Assembly (NCBI GenBank): GCA_041752695.1
Contig: JBGSVZ010000081.1
Location: forward strand, 1 to 55,159
Reading direction: 5' to 3'
DNA length: 55,159 bases
Source: Terrimicrobiaceae bacterium
GTDB taxonomy: Bacteria; Verrucomicrobiota; Verrucomicrobiia; Chthoniobacterales; Terrimicrobiaceae
Shown here: positions 33,001-40,023 of the stretch, piece after piece
Numbering within the stretch: the first letter of the stretch is position 1
How the letters are laid out: each line of letters begins with the position of its first letter
Program-made: the position numbers and the translations under genes
The notes under the pieces: generated by a model
Seen by the model: only the letters and a program-made list of their open reading frames with translations
What the model was told of the DNA's origin: nothing
Databases searched by the model: none

Positions 33001-33347
33001 GCATGTCGCCGTCTGCCGCGTTCACGGGACCGTCTCTCCTCCGCTCGAAACCGCTTGGCAAACTGTTCTAGGGTGCGGCTTAATTCACTGATCGTGAATG
33101 GCGCTTTGAGGCGCAGGCAGCTGTGCTTGAGCTGGAGATAGGCGACAGTAGGATTCTCTCCATCCGTTTCGCTATACTCGGCGATGTCGATGGCCAACTC
33201 TCCTGGCAATTGACGGTCCTTCGATGCCTCGACTGTGATGAGATCCAGGCTCGACAGTGGATCGATCATTCGCAGGCATCGTCGGGCAGCCCAGCGGTAG
33301 TGAAACACATCACCAGCCCTAGAATACCTTACCAAATCGGACTTCAT
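27051..33347 (-). CDS. avs3a: AVAST type 3 anti-phage STAND NTPase/nuclease Avs3a
   Basis: 2098 aa. N-terminus DLVRYSRAGDVFHYRWAARRCL with a PD-(D/E)xK-type IDIAEY...YLQLKHS nuclease motif. Walker A AAGGVGKT, Walker B IDAADNAE, FRDEPTETWF, and a long helical sensor region. Confidence 0.92.
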   Translation of the reverse strand: MKSDLVRYSRAGDVFHYRWAARRCLRMIDPLSSLDLITVEASKDRQLPGELAIDIAEYSETDGENPTVAYLQLKHSCLRLKAPFTISELSRTLEQFAKRFRAEERRSRERGRRRHAKFFIVTNRAVHAGLKNAVLQIGSGEKVQEKYRRLLEHTTRLVGTQLERFCNVLKFDDQEGDYRVQKRKLHGELSSYLVGFVESAVVGQLVDLIEDRALPQSEDGKVNGEIVVEDVLQRLGVTSRRQLFPAPPVFEPLADPLVREQHKEIVDHVLVAGPPSIVHAAGGVGKTVIARLLVDTLPSGSLAVLYDCFGGGTYRSPGEPRHTAQVALVQIANTLAALGLCSHLLPRSECAPAEYFRATVERLSAAVENLRAIQPEALLVVMIDAADNAEMAAVEYGDRCFAAELLRQQIPAGCRLVMFCRSERRELLKPAASIRQFELRPFNEAESLLHLRRKFPSATKHDGREFFRLSGGNPRVQANAMNAGHSSLDAMLSSLGPNVTTIDKQIEGQLQIAVDKVKDSYSQQFARHVDDLCCGLANLPPLIPIPVLAAAARVTTGEVSSFVSDLGTPLWSSDDAVQFRDEPTETWFQRRFAADARQITEYVEILEPLASEYTYVAKALPQLLLKSGDHDRLIELALSDSHLPTANPIDERDVRVYRLQFAFKAALKQGRLADATRIAFRAGEESAGTKRQSMLLRTNLDLVAALQDTSGVRELACRQVLKGNWEGCENLYSASLLSTILDFKGEARSYMRSATRWITLFYERLSHVTKPLSHNESEISNQDILELAWAHYHLFGSASLAARIEHWRPPDMVFDVMKLLAERLIDAGRFTEIDQLLEGHCRNTHAVLAISDELNAVARLPQKKFLASTFRTLADPRRRPKRPSGASIEKPFTAAVLSFLEACTAHALPRRTILRVLNYYTPYVADTSMDSDHFEAGRSSFLRGATLRAIVTRKPTPELDALLPKRPKKKEAFASARSQNDLRHKLGVLLPWHQARMLLVTRVPGSRVDLEAVAMKSRANQASYYRDYDRLPRETAMLQFRVLAWKTDATVSELDAFASETLRGRESKLWLHQKIDALRTSVRTSHLANLQEQLEASCNDDLAAPNDDTPETRAESLTGLARAFWAQNPAEAKAHFANAIDAVSKFGDEILDRWTSLSTLARRASSSSQVDQPLVHRFMQCAEMIGESGLREKHWNRNDVFLVAAELDPSFAIAALSRWRDREIGFFPDQMQALTLSLIESKLISPSVGYALSAFAGGGKALRTLLTCLRIIADTHAREKLFSHAIDDLQLDGIDKHDWQELRALGQELGLPTERLDHIIHAAPRSKYWSGTPTHRIRQGRVKKNPDTTSLFKGIDLLAPDSLRRILDAAKTTHASRPMEIWAELISRIPCGKEATFLTIILNEQSLDLYDFSRALEVIRLQWMKKASVKRTWPSFLKDIGRRLAEELSNVFRWEHWRTEKGFSAEEIEAIREGTIERLSDSTDLFDAETLFGFAAKIASDLSPDEAASVAGYALERFERHMPAGIGDGPWSTSLKVPANVASAIAGLLYSALASPEAATRWQAAQCTRRLVEFGCQQEVDALISWIQCGSVSAFGSQQFPFYRLHGELYLLIAFARAVKGHEEILRRHAAYFADTALHGRDHLLIQCYASRIALTIEAAFSGTYPPTTTGQLAHVGSSPFSTLDISKDATFDSPAHAAGSVETSIKCHFGMDFEQYWLRDLGDVFGISQIQVTELVREIVARECLTIDSGGHIHDPRRQLWNKSMDRTFSGDRSSYGRTDDFRFYHAYHAMHAVAVTLRRTMPVVRKIDGVFGEEGDRWIRWLEHHTLTRADGRWLADRRDPSPARRREWTALPVNPDFLWQLAAEDFYDALHHQSPIPGGLCVNGFWSDSNNHYNSESIKITSALVCRQTAETLAITLRDGDSRYDMPLPAYREEVNDERIPPLFTLEGWLTLKEGCDERLDYFDPKARRISYPPIGIGPRFLSLLGLVPDAEARKWHQDNHLAALGEVWSERPEVESRHHPIPYRSGRRLWVTVDVLRQLCTATGKVLIFCVAIGRDSSNYSPKSDIPYIPDSHKIFLFSANGRLHDAQKIHHPR

Positions 33348-33456
33348 GGACGATCGAGAAATAGGTGTGACTGATTATGCTGTTTAGGCGGATTCGTCGA
33401 GGTTGCGAGTGAAAGAATAAAGGATGAGGCCCGTTTTCCGAAAAAGGTTGTCTTGT

Positions 33457-33473
33457 GATTCCCATTGGGAATC
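33457..33473. promoter_or_regulatory. Perfect 8-1-8 palindrome upstream of avs3a (candidate operator)
   Basis: GATTCCCA-T-TGGGAATC, about 110 bp upstream of the avs3a start. Confidence 0.35.
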
Positions 33474-33480
33474 TTCAGCT

Positions 33481-33520
33481 AAAGAAAACCCACCCCGGTC
33501 CCGTGGGATGAGGTTTCTTC
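33481..33520 (-). terminator. Probable intrinsic terminator after the small minus-strand ORFs
   Basis: Minus strand reads GAAACCTCATCCC-loop-GGGGTGGGTTTTCTTT, a hairpin with G-U pairs followed by U residues, just after the stop at 33530. Confidence 0.45.
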
Positions 33521-33529
33521 GCCCATGGG

Positions 33530-33760
33530 CTATGGTCCACCCATGGACTGACATATCTGTTCGATATGCACAATGGCGGGAACGGCCTCCCGCTTGGCGT
33601 CGCCTGTGCCTGCTGAGAACCAGCACAGGTCTCCCGCGACATTTCGCCACTTCACATGGACCATCCCGATCTTGGTCCAGACAGTGGCTCGGAGGGGGCG
33701 CTCGTATCGGTCGAAGTGTATCGAGCGGATGCGAGGTCGCCGGTTGGTCCGGGCACTCAC
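33530..33760 (-). CDS. Small hypothetical protein (76 aa)
   Basis: GTG start overlaps the upstream TGA (GTGA). Reads VSARTNRRPRIRSIHFDRYERPLRATVWTKIGMVHVKWR... and is followed by a terminator. Confidence 0.5.
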   Translation of the reverse strand: MSARTNRRPRIRSIHFDRYERPLRATVWTKIGMVHVKWRNVAGDLCWFSAGTGDAKREAVPAIVHIEQICQSMGGP

Positions 33761-33990
33761 AGGGAATGGTCCAGGTGCCCCGGCCCATTTCCCTCTGGAT
33801 CGCACAGCACGGCGGCCGTAGCTGCGTTGCCGTCCCGGTCTCAACCGGTGAGGAGGAGGACGGGTAAGGTGCGCCCTTCCATTTCCTCCCACAGGATGGC
33901 GGTGATCTGCCGTCCCGCGAGTTTGCCGTAGTGCGCCTTCTCGATTAATGTCGGTGTGGCGCTCGTAAGGGGAGGCGACTTTTTCGTCAT
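33757..33990 (-). pseudogene. Small phage/ICE-type protein gene with one internal TGA
   Basis: Hand translation: MTKKSPP...HYGKLAGRQITAILWEEMEGRTLPVLLLTG*DRDGNAATAAVLCDPEGNGPGHLDHSL. The stop is at 33841-33843. Confidence 0.5.
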
Positions 33991-34164
33991 GGCCCGATTG
34001 CGGGAGATAATCACAAGAAGCTTATTGGCGAGAAGATCGAAGGCTGGCTGGGGCTGAAAACCAACCGGAAAAAACCACGTCGTAAACCTGCGTGGGGAGG
34101 CGAGCCGCTCGACGTCCAGGGATACATTTGTGGTCCTCGTAGAAGGTACTCTCCGTAGTTATTT

Positions 34165-35382
34165 TTATGCCAGCTCACTGGGATTTGACGGCGTCTCATT
34201 CCGAGACTGCTGCGCTATTTTCCTAGACTCCAAAAATTTGCCAATCAACGCGAGTGCATGATCAAGGTTTTGCTCGCGATCCGCTTCCTGACGGGCCATC
34301 CATCGGGTTAAAGCGGCCGGGAATTTATGGAGGTGGGCTCGAATTCCTTTCTCTGACGGGGTTAGCAAATTAAACTGTTTTGGAAAATCGCGGACACGGA
34401 ATGGTGCGGGCCACTCATTCCAGTCACCTCCGTGAGAATCTTGCAGAATCAGTGGTTTGCTCTTCATGAATGGATTTGCTCCCATCTGTTTCAGGAAAAA
34501 TGTTGAGCCCACCGCTCTGCATTGCTTCTGAATGGATGTGGCCCACTCCAAATGAAAGGGCTCGGCGGAGGTGCCGCTTTCTCCGCCGACGATGACCCAA
34601 TCAATCGCTTCAAGAGGCAGGGTTACGTGCTCAAAAAGAGGTTCGACAGAAAGTGCGTGTACTTTCGCGGGGACCTTCAGCAGCTGCTTGATGCGGTACG
34701 CAGTTTTTTGCGATGTGACCGTAGTCATTGCGACGAGATTGTCGGGCCATGAAATATTCTGTCCATTGAGCCAGGCGGCAAATTTCGCCATGCGTGCCGG
34801 ACGTTTTGTCAGCCACAGCCAGATATGCCGTGCCCCCATTTCAGTGCGCACTGGATCCACAATTTCTTTGCGCAAATCCTCGAAGCTGATGTTTTCCGAT
34901 AGCGCATCGCCCATATCTGAAACGAAAATGAGGCGAGGAAATCCATCGAGCCAAGGCTTCCCCGGCCGAATCGCTCCGGACATGTCACTGGCATGTGCAA
35001 TTGCAGCAACACGTCCGGAAAATATGGTCGGAACGTTGAAGCTGTGAGGGTAGCCCTTATTGCCCGAGCGATTTTCTGTGGAAAATCCTGCATAGCATTT
35101 CAGCAGTTTGCGGATTTCCTTGATGGCAGCCTTCTGGTTCTTCTCTCCAGCGATGAGCTCACCGACTACGGTCTTGATAAAAAGTCTGAACGTGGAATCC
35201 GCGTGCTCATCAGCCAGCGTCTTGACGCGACGTTGAACTGCTGTGGTCACCGAAATGTAGCAGGCGAGAACCTGCAAGATCCGACGCACGAGTTTTGTCC
35301 AAGTCGGCCACAATTCACATCCGTCGCAACCCATGACGGCATTTACGGTATCATCGCACCAATGAATAGAAGAGTTTCTCAT
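34165..35382 (-). CDS. DUF5131 / phage Gp37-Gp68 family protein
   Basis: SSIHWCDDTVN.VMGC, IFVSDMGD, WLWLTKRP, LSVEPL, IDWVIVGGESG, FFLKQMG and GGDWNEWP..FRVR.FP. Confidence 0.9.
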   Translation of the reverse strand: MRNSSIHWCDDTVNAVMGCDGCELWPTWTKLVRRILQVLACYISVTTAVQRRVKTLADEHADSTFRLFIKTVVGELIAGEKNQKAAIKEIRKLLKCYAGFSTENRSGNKGYPHSFNVPTIFSGRVAAIAHASDMSGAIRPGKPWLDGFPRLIFVSDMGDALSENISFEDLRKEIVDPVRTEMGARHIWLWLTKRPARMAKFAAWLNGQNISWPDNLVAMTTVTSQKTAYRIKQLLKVPAKVHALSVEPLFEHVTLPLEAIDWVIVGGESGTSAEPFHLEWATSIQKQCRAVGSTFFLKQMGANPFMKSKPLILQDSHGGDWNEWPAPFRVRDFPKQFNLLTPSEKGIRAHLHKFPAALTRWMARQEADREQNLDHALALIGKFLESRKIAQQSRNETPSNPSELA

Positions 35383-35708
35383 TTTGAAATCCTCCCGTGC
35401 TTGGTTGAGGCTGAAAATCCGTCTGACGAGTAGACGCTGTCCGCCTTGGCAGGAGACAAAAGATCAAGCATTTTGAATGCGAGAGGAGTCTGCATTGTCA
35501 CAATCTCGTGCTTCTGCCCGACAGTTCCATTAGTGAGCAGGTTTTGCCAATAGCTGTAGGTCTCTGCGACCAAGACGTTTTCCTCTGGAAGCAAGTACAA
35601 CGCACGAAGGAAGAGCCCAGTTGCGATTTTTTCGTTACCCGTCCAATCGGCATCTGGCAGGGCCAGACGACGAAGAACGCCATCATCAGTTTTTATGTTT
35701 ATTTTCAT
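35379..35708 (-). CDS. Hypothetical protein (109 aa)
   Basis: Stop overlaps the DUF5131 ATG (ATGA coupling). AT-rich upstream region. Confidence 0.6.
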   Translation of the reverse strand: MKINIKTDDGVLRRLALPDADWTGNEKIATGLFLRALYLLPEENVLVAETYSYWQNLLTNGTVGQKHEIVTMQTPLAFKMLDLLSPAKADSVYSSDGFSASTKHGRISK

Positions 35709-35911
35709 TTGTCGTGTTTTTGTTTTGGGGGAAAGAAATGGGCACCGAGGGGCGGCAATATGAAAAAAGGTTCAGTCCGTGTTTCGATTTCGAGTCCGTT
35801 TCGGTGCGGTTGACCCCGGCAGAGGCGTGTTCGATCGATGGCTGCCGAAACTTCAGGCCGACACCTGCGGGACTTGTAGGACTCCGTCGGAGGAGGCCCT
35901 GATCAGCGTGA

Positions 35912-37126
35912 ATGTATCCCTGCTTGTTCATTTTATTGTTTTACTCTCCCCGAAATGCAAATATGGGAGCGAATATGACGAGTGCCATCCCGCAGAAAAT
36001 GGACGTGAGGGCCGCGTTTCGAGCCGTGGGCCTGAAGCCACGTTTGAAGCAATGGCTTCTAGAAAACGGGGTCGTGCCGACGGGGCAGCGGAAAAATCGG
36101 CATGGAAAAGCGACTGAATTTTTTTCGACAGAGGTACTTGTCCATGCGCTGAGGGGCGATCATTCAACTTGGCCGAGATCGAAAGTTTGGGAATTTGAGT
36201 GTCGTGTTCGTGGGGTGCCTAATCCCGGCCACCTGCTTGTTCTGCTCGTGGAAGGTTGCCGACCAGATTACGAACTTTTGAGGGCCGCTCTATTTTTTGC
36301 TCTTGATCCCAATTCAGGGTTCTTGGACGCCTGCATTTCGCGAGACGTCAATACCAAAAGCGCGGCAGGCTATCCGTTTCGAGCTTTAGCCGATTTTGTC
36401 CTGCGAAAGGTCGTTGGCCCTATGAAACAAGAAGATATCCGACGCGTGGAAGGATTCGAAGACGACCAAGTGCCTTCGCGAATGGTCTGGGCTGCAATGA
36501 AGGAAGAGGTTCAGCACTGGCCAAAGGCAGCTCAAGAGCGAGATCAAGCGATATACAACGGAGCTCTTCTTTTGGCCGATTACGGTGAAAAGGCTTTCTC
36601 TGTTAGTGGTTTACGGGAAAGAAAACCATCGTCGAGTATTCCTCAGGCCAACTTTTTCGTTCGTAGACCGTCCTATCTCGAAACGCTCGAGCCTTCTGTT
36701 TTTCCTTCAGGTCTTGTGAAAGATTGCGGCTTCTATCGGGTTCCCATCGAGATCATGGAAATCCCCGGAATTTCGGATGTCTTGGATCGCACCGGGAAGA
36801 TCAATTTTTGGGGAAGATCGAGGTCAGACTATGAGCGGAGTAAGGAGGAGATAAAAGAACTGGTGACCGAGGTCGAAAGGTTGGCTGGGGTAAAAAACAG
36901 TGTCTCAGGATTCTCCTCTACCATCCGGAGCGTTCTGAAAGCGTGGAACTACCGTGTAAATTGGGACCGAGAAATGTATCTGCGAGGACACCGCTCCAAT
37001 GTAGCTGTGCCATTGAAGAAGGATCAAGTCGCACGAATATTTGGAGAGCCATCCCGGAAACGGTCCAGCAGCGTTCCTCAAAAAGGCTCATGCCCTGACG
37101 CCCGCGAGCGTTCGAATGGTTCCTGA
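35912..37126 (+). CDS. Hypothetical protein (up to 404 aa; true start probably one of the internal ATGs)
   Basis: Long ORF with no long antisense competitor, divergent from the DUF5131 operon and next to the att-like site. Confidence 0.65.
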   Translation: MYPCLFILLFYSPRNANMGANMTSAIPQKMDVRAAFRAVGLKPRLKQWLLENGVVPTGQRKNRHGKATEFFSTEVLVHALRGDHSTWPRSKVWEFECRVRGVPNPGHLLVLLVEGCRPDYELLRAALFFALDPNSGFLDACISRDVNTKSAAGYPFRALADFVLRKVVGPMKQEDIRRVEGFEDDQVPSRMVWAAMKEEVQHWPKAAQERDQAIYNGALLLADYGEKAFSVSGLRERKPSSSIPQANFFVRRPSYLETLEPSVFPSGLVKDCGFYRVPIEIMEIPGISDVLDRTGKINFWGRSRSDYERSKEEIKELVTEVERLAGVKNSVSGFSSTIRSVLKAWNYRVNWDREMYLRGHRSNVAVPLKKDQVARIFGEPSRKRSSSVPQKGSCPDARERSNGS

Positions 37127-37356
37127 CGTGCATGGAATATTGCAATCATCCTGCTTGCTGGTTGGCACCGCGCTTTCGGTGGCGGCACTTTTCCGTGGTC
37201 GTCATCTGAAAAGAGGCTTTCAGATATTGAGGACAGCGTACAAGAATCTGAAAAAATCATGCTGAACTCAGACGAGGTGAGACCACATGATCCTGCATTT
37301 GCCCAGAGAGGCCAGGGCCGGTATCATCCCGCATCATCCCAGATCAGCATGTTGAC

Positions 37357-37379
37357 GGGTTCGATCCCCTCCGCCGGTA
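37357..37379 (+). other. tRNA 3'-end fragment (Leu-like), probable attR of an integrated element
   Basis: GGG-TTCGATC-CCCTC-CGCCGGT-A gives a T-loop, 3' T-stem, acceptor strand and discriminator A. No D or anticodon arm upstream, and the 5' T-stem is broken. Confidence 0.7.
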
Positions 37380-37427
37380 TCTGATAATCAACGACTTACA
37401 AAGTCATCTGGCAGATCTAAAAAATGG

Positions 37428-37466
37428 CGGAGGGTGTGACCCTCCGGTAGCCCTTTTTTTTGGGCT
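37428..37466. terminator. Hairpin(s) with T-tract, likely intrinsic terminator
   Basis: CGGAGGG-TGTGA-CCCTCCG followed by AGCCC-T8-GGGCT. Confidence 0.5.
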
Positions 37467-37895
37467 TTCCGGCCCCCCATATTTGAGCCGGATAATTGGG
37501 AAAAACTTACTTCAGGACTACTTGCCGACGGACTGCGAAAGAAGTTTCCGGCGATTAACAAACGCCGCAACTTCCTTTTCGAACTCCCCAGGACCTATAC
37601 TGAACCATTCCTTGGCTGTTTTCCGGGCTCTCGCAATTGGCTTTTTGTAGTTTTTCCGGGTGATGGCCTCGCTGTTCGGTTCGCACCGTTTCGCGGACGG
37701 CGTCGGCCAATCAGAGAATTGTCACCCGTCGGTCTTTGATCTCGGTGGAGTTGGTTGAGCGCGAGTCCGCGTAGTTTCCGTTTTTCGTGCGCGGCCTGAA
37801 TTGGGTCGTCCACGCGAGCGAGGAATTTTCCGCGCGAACTCCTACGGTCGTTTGGATGCCAGGCTGCATCGTTGGCTGCCGGTGTGCGGCAGCGG

Positions 37896-39821
37896 TTATG
37901 GGTTCGCGGTCGCTTTGATGCGGAGAAACACCCGGGGCAAGCCGGAGATATCCAGTCGGCCGAGGAGAGTTTCCGCAGTGCTGAGATCGACCACGCTTCC
38001 CGCGGACCAGGAAATCAGGTCGAGGGACATCTCGACTTGCAGAGAGGCATCCGGTCGGATGACCCGGGGCATTTCGATTTGCAGGAACCCCTCGTTTGTC
38101 GTGGCAGAAATCTCGGGTCGGTGAAGGCCGGAATCGATTCGTGTCCCGGCAAGGTACTCGAACAGATTGGGATATTGATCTCCATCGGTGTCCAGAGTTG
38201 GTGTTTGTCGGAAGGCGTGGGAGAGGGCCTGGACGGCGTTGAGGCGGCCTCCGGTGACGCACAGGCCGCTATAGCTGGCACGCGTAATGGCCGAGGCGAG
38301 AATGCTGCTTTTGATTTGTGCCGCTTTCCAGGAAGGGTTGGCGTACTTGAGTGCCGCGCAGACGGCGGTGACAAACGGTGTCGCCTGGGACGTGCCAGTG
38401 TAGGTCGAGTATGATGACCCCAAAATCGGACTCAAAATATCGCGGCCTGGAGCAAAGAGGTCGACGCTGGCCAAGCCGTAGTTGGAGGGGTTGAACGAGC
38501 CGGACCACCGCACATCGTTGCGACTGTGATTGCCCACGGAGATAATGTTCTGCTGGGGGTAACTGCTTGGATAGTTCGGCGTGGTGTCATTGTTTACGCC
38601 CTGATTCCCAGCGCAGATGGAAAGGATAACCCCGGCGGTCGCACACGCGGAAAACTCGGAGTTAAGCGAGCTGCTGAAAGGGTAGCTTTGAAGAGACAGG
38701 TTCATCACGGGCACACCGCGCTGGCGGGCATAGGTGGTGGCCGCTATGAGGTTAGAGGTGAGGCCGCTATTGCTCGCATTGAGAATCTTGCAGACGAGGA
38801 TCTTTGAGCCCTTGAGCATTCCGGCAATGCCCTGATTGTTGTCCCGATTCGCGGCAATAATGCCGGTGACATTGGAGCCGTGGCCGTGATCGTCGGTCGG
38901 ATTGTTGTCATTGTTCACAAAGTCCCAGCCACGGACATCGTCCACTTTACCGCTGGCATCGTTGTCGAGGCCATCGCCAACGACTTCGTTGGGGTTGATC
39001 CACTCAATTCCCAGGAGATCGGGATGAGTGAAGTTTAGTCCCGAATCGAGGACGGCAATCACAACTCCCGGCGTGTTTCCCACGATGTCCCAGAACTCTG
39101 GCGCATCGACATCCGCATCGACAGTGCCGCCAGCCAGGCCGGTATTCTGCAATCCCCATTGCTCAGCGAAAAAGGGGTCGTTAGGCGTGCCGCTGCCAAA
39201 ACCCACGCCATCGGGTTCTGCGGACTCGACCAAATCGGGATGGCCTGCCAGATAGTGCAGGGCTTGAGGGATGGAGTCGAGGTCGGCGGTGGGTAGTCTG
39301 ACGGTGTAAGTGCCTTCCGCGATGGTTGAAATGACGGTCATGCCCGCAGATTGCAATTCCTGCTGCAATTGCTTGCGGTTTCCCCCGTGTCTGGACTGGA
39401 GAATCAATTGATCGGCAAGAAACATTTCCCGCCTCAGGCAGTCCGCTTTTCCTGTCATCGGATCGAATTGCCATTGCTCGACCACCCTGACCAATCTTGG
39501 CTGGACGTCGGTTTTGACCAACCGAAGCCGCTTCCAGCGGTTGCCTTTCCCTTCCTTTTCAATTCGAGAATCAAGAATCGTTCCTTGCGCGACAACTCGC
39601 TCCACGGCATCAGGGGAGGTCGGGGAATCCGGTGGCATGAGCGCTCCCGTGGGGTCCGCGACAGCGGGAAGCTGCGGGTCGGGACCCGGGCGATTCGCTG
39701 TGGGTCGGGACCTTGCTTCGGCGGATCCGGCATCCGAAGGGGCCGCCGACCACCACAATATCGTCGCCAGATAAAAGGCGGCTAGGACGGCGGCAACGAT
39801 AAGGCGGGATATTTTTTTCAT
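37896..39821 (-). CDS. S8 subtilisin-family serine peptidase, membrane-anchored or secreted
   Basis: Catalytic triad motifs AVLDSG, DHGHGSNVTG and GTSQATP; oxyanion AGN; N-terminal TM helix; C-terminal DTDGD..PNLFEY module. Confidence 0.93.
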   Translation of the reverse strand: MKKISRLIVAAVLAAFYLATILWWSAAPSDAGSAEARSRPTANRPGPDPQLPAVADPTGALMPPDSPTSPDAVERVVAQGTILDSRIEKEGKGNRWKRLRLVKTDVQPRLVRVVEQWQFDPMTGKADCLRREMFLADQLILQSRHGGNRKQLQQELQSAGMTVISTIAEGTYTVRLPTADLDSIPQALHYLAGHPDLVESAEPDGVGFGSGTPNDPFFAEQWGLQNTGLAGGTVDADVDAPEFWDIVGNTPGVVIAVLDSGLNFTHPDLLGIEWINPNEVVGDGLDNDASGKVDDVRGWDFVNNDNNPTDDHGHGSNVTGIIAANRDNNQGIAGMLKGSKILVCKILNASNSGLTSNLIAATTYARQRGVPVMNLSLQSYPFSSSLNSEFSACATAGVILSICAGNQGVNNDTTPNYPSSYPQQNIISVGNHSRNDVRWSGSFNPSNYGLASVDLFAPGRDILSPILGSSYSTYTGTSQATPFVTAVCAALKYANPSWKAAQIKSSILASAITRASYSGLCVTGGRLNAVQALSHAFRQTPTLDTDGDQYPNLFEYLAGTRIDSGLHRPEISATTNEGFLQIEMPRVIRPDASLQVEMSLDLISWSAGSVVDLSTAETLLGRLDISGLPRVFLRIKATANP

Positions 39822-40023
39822 CGTCGTATGGCTTCGCCCGTTCCCAACATCCTACAGAGCGGAGTTTCCAGGGCAAGAAAAGGGAGATCTTCCCCGTCCT
39901 TCCGGCGATGAGTGTGTCCCCTAAGCAGAATATGCCGCTCATCGAGGGGATTGGCAGTCTGCCGCTTGACAGCGGTTAAACTCCGGGTAACGTCACCTAC
40001 GCAACTCTGTTGCGTGGTTCGTC

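Noticed and set aside
37300..37380. Complete tRNA gene
   Set aside because: Only the T-loop and 3' acceptor strand are present, with no D or anticodon arm and no matching 5' acceptor strand. Reported as an att fragment instead.
37425..37440. TGGCGGAGGGTGTGA as the reverse complement of a second tRNA 3' end (…CCCTCCGCCA)
   Set aside because: There is no T-loop, and it is fully explained as one arm of the terminator hairpin.
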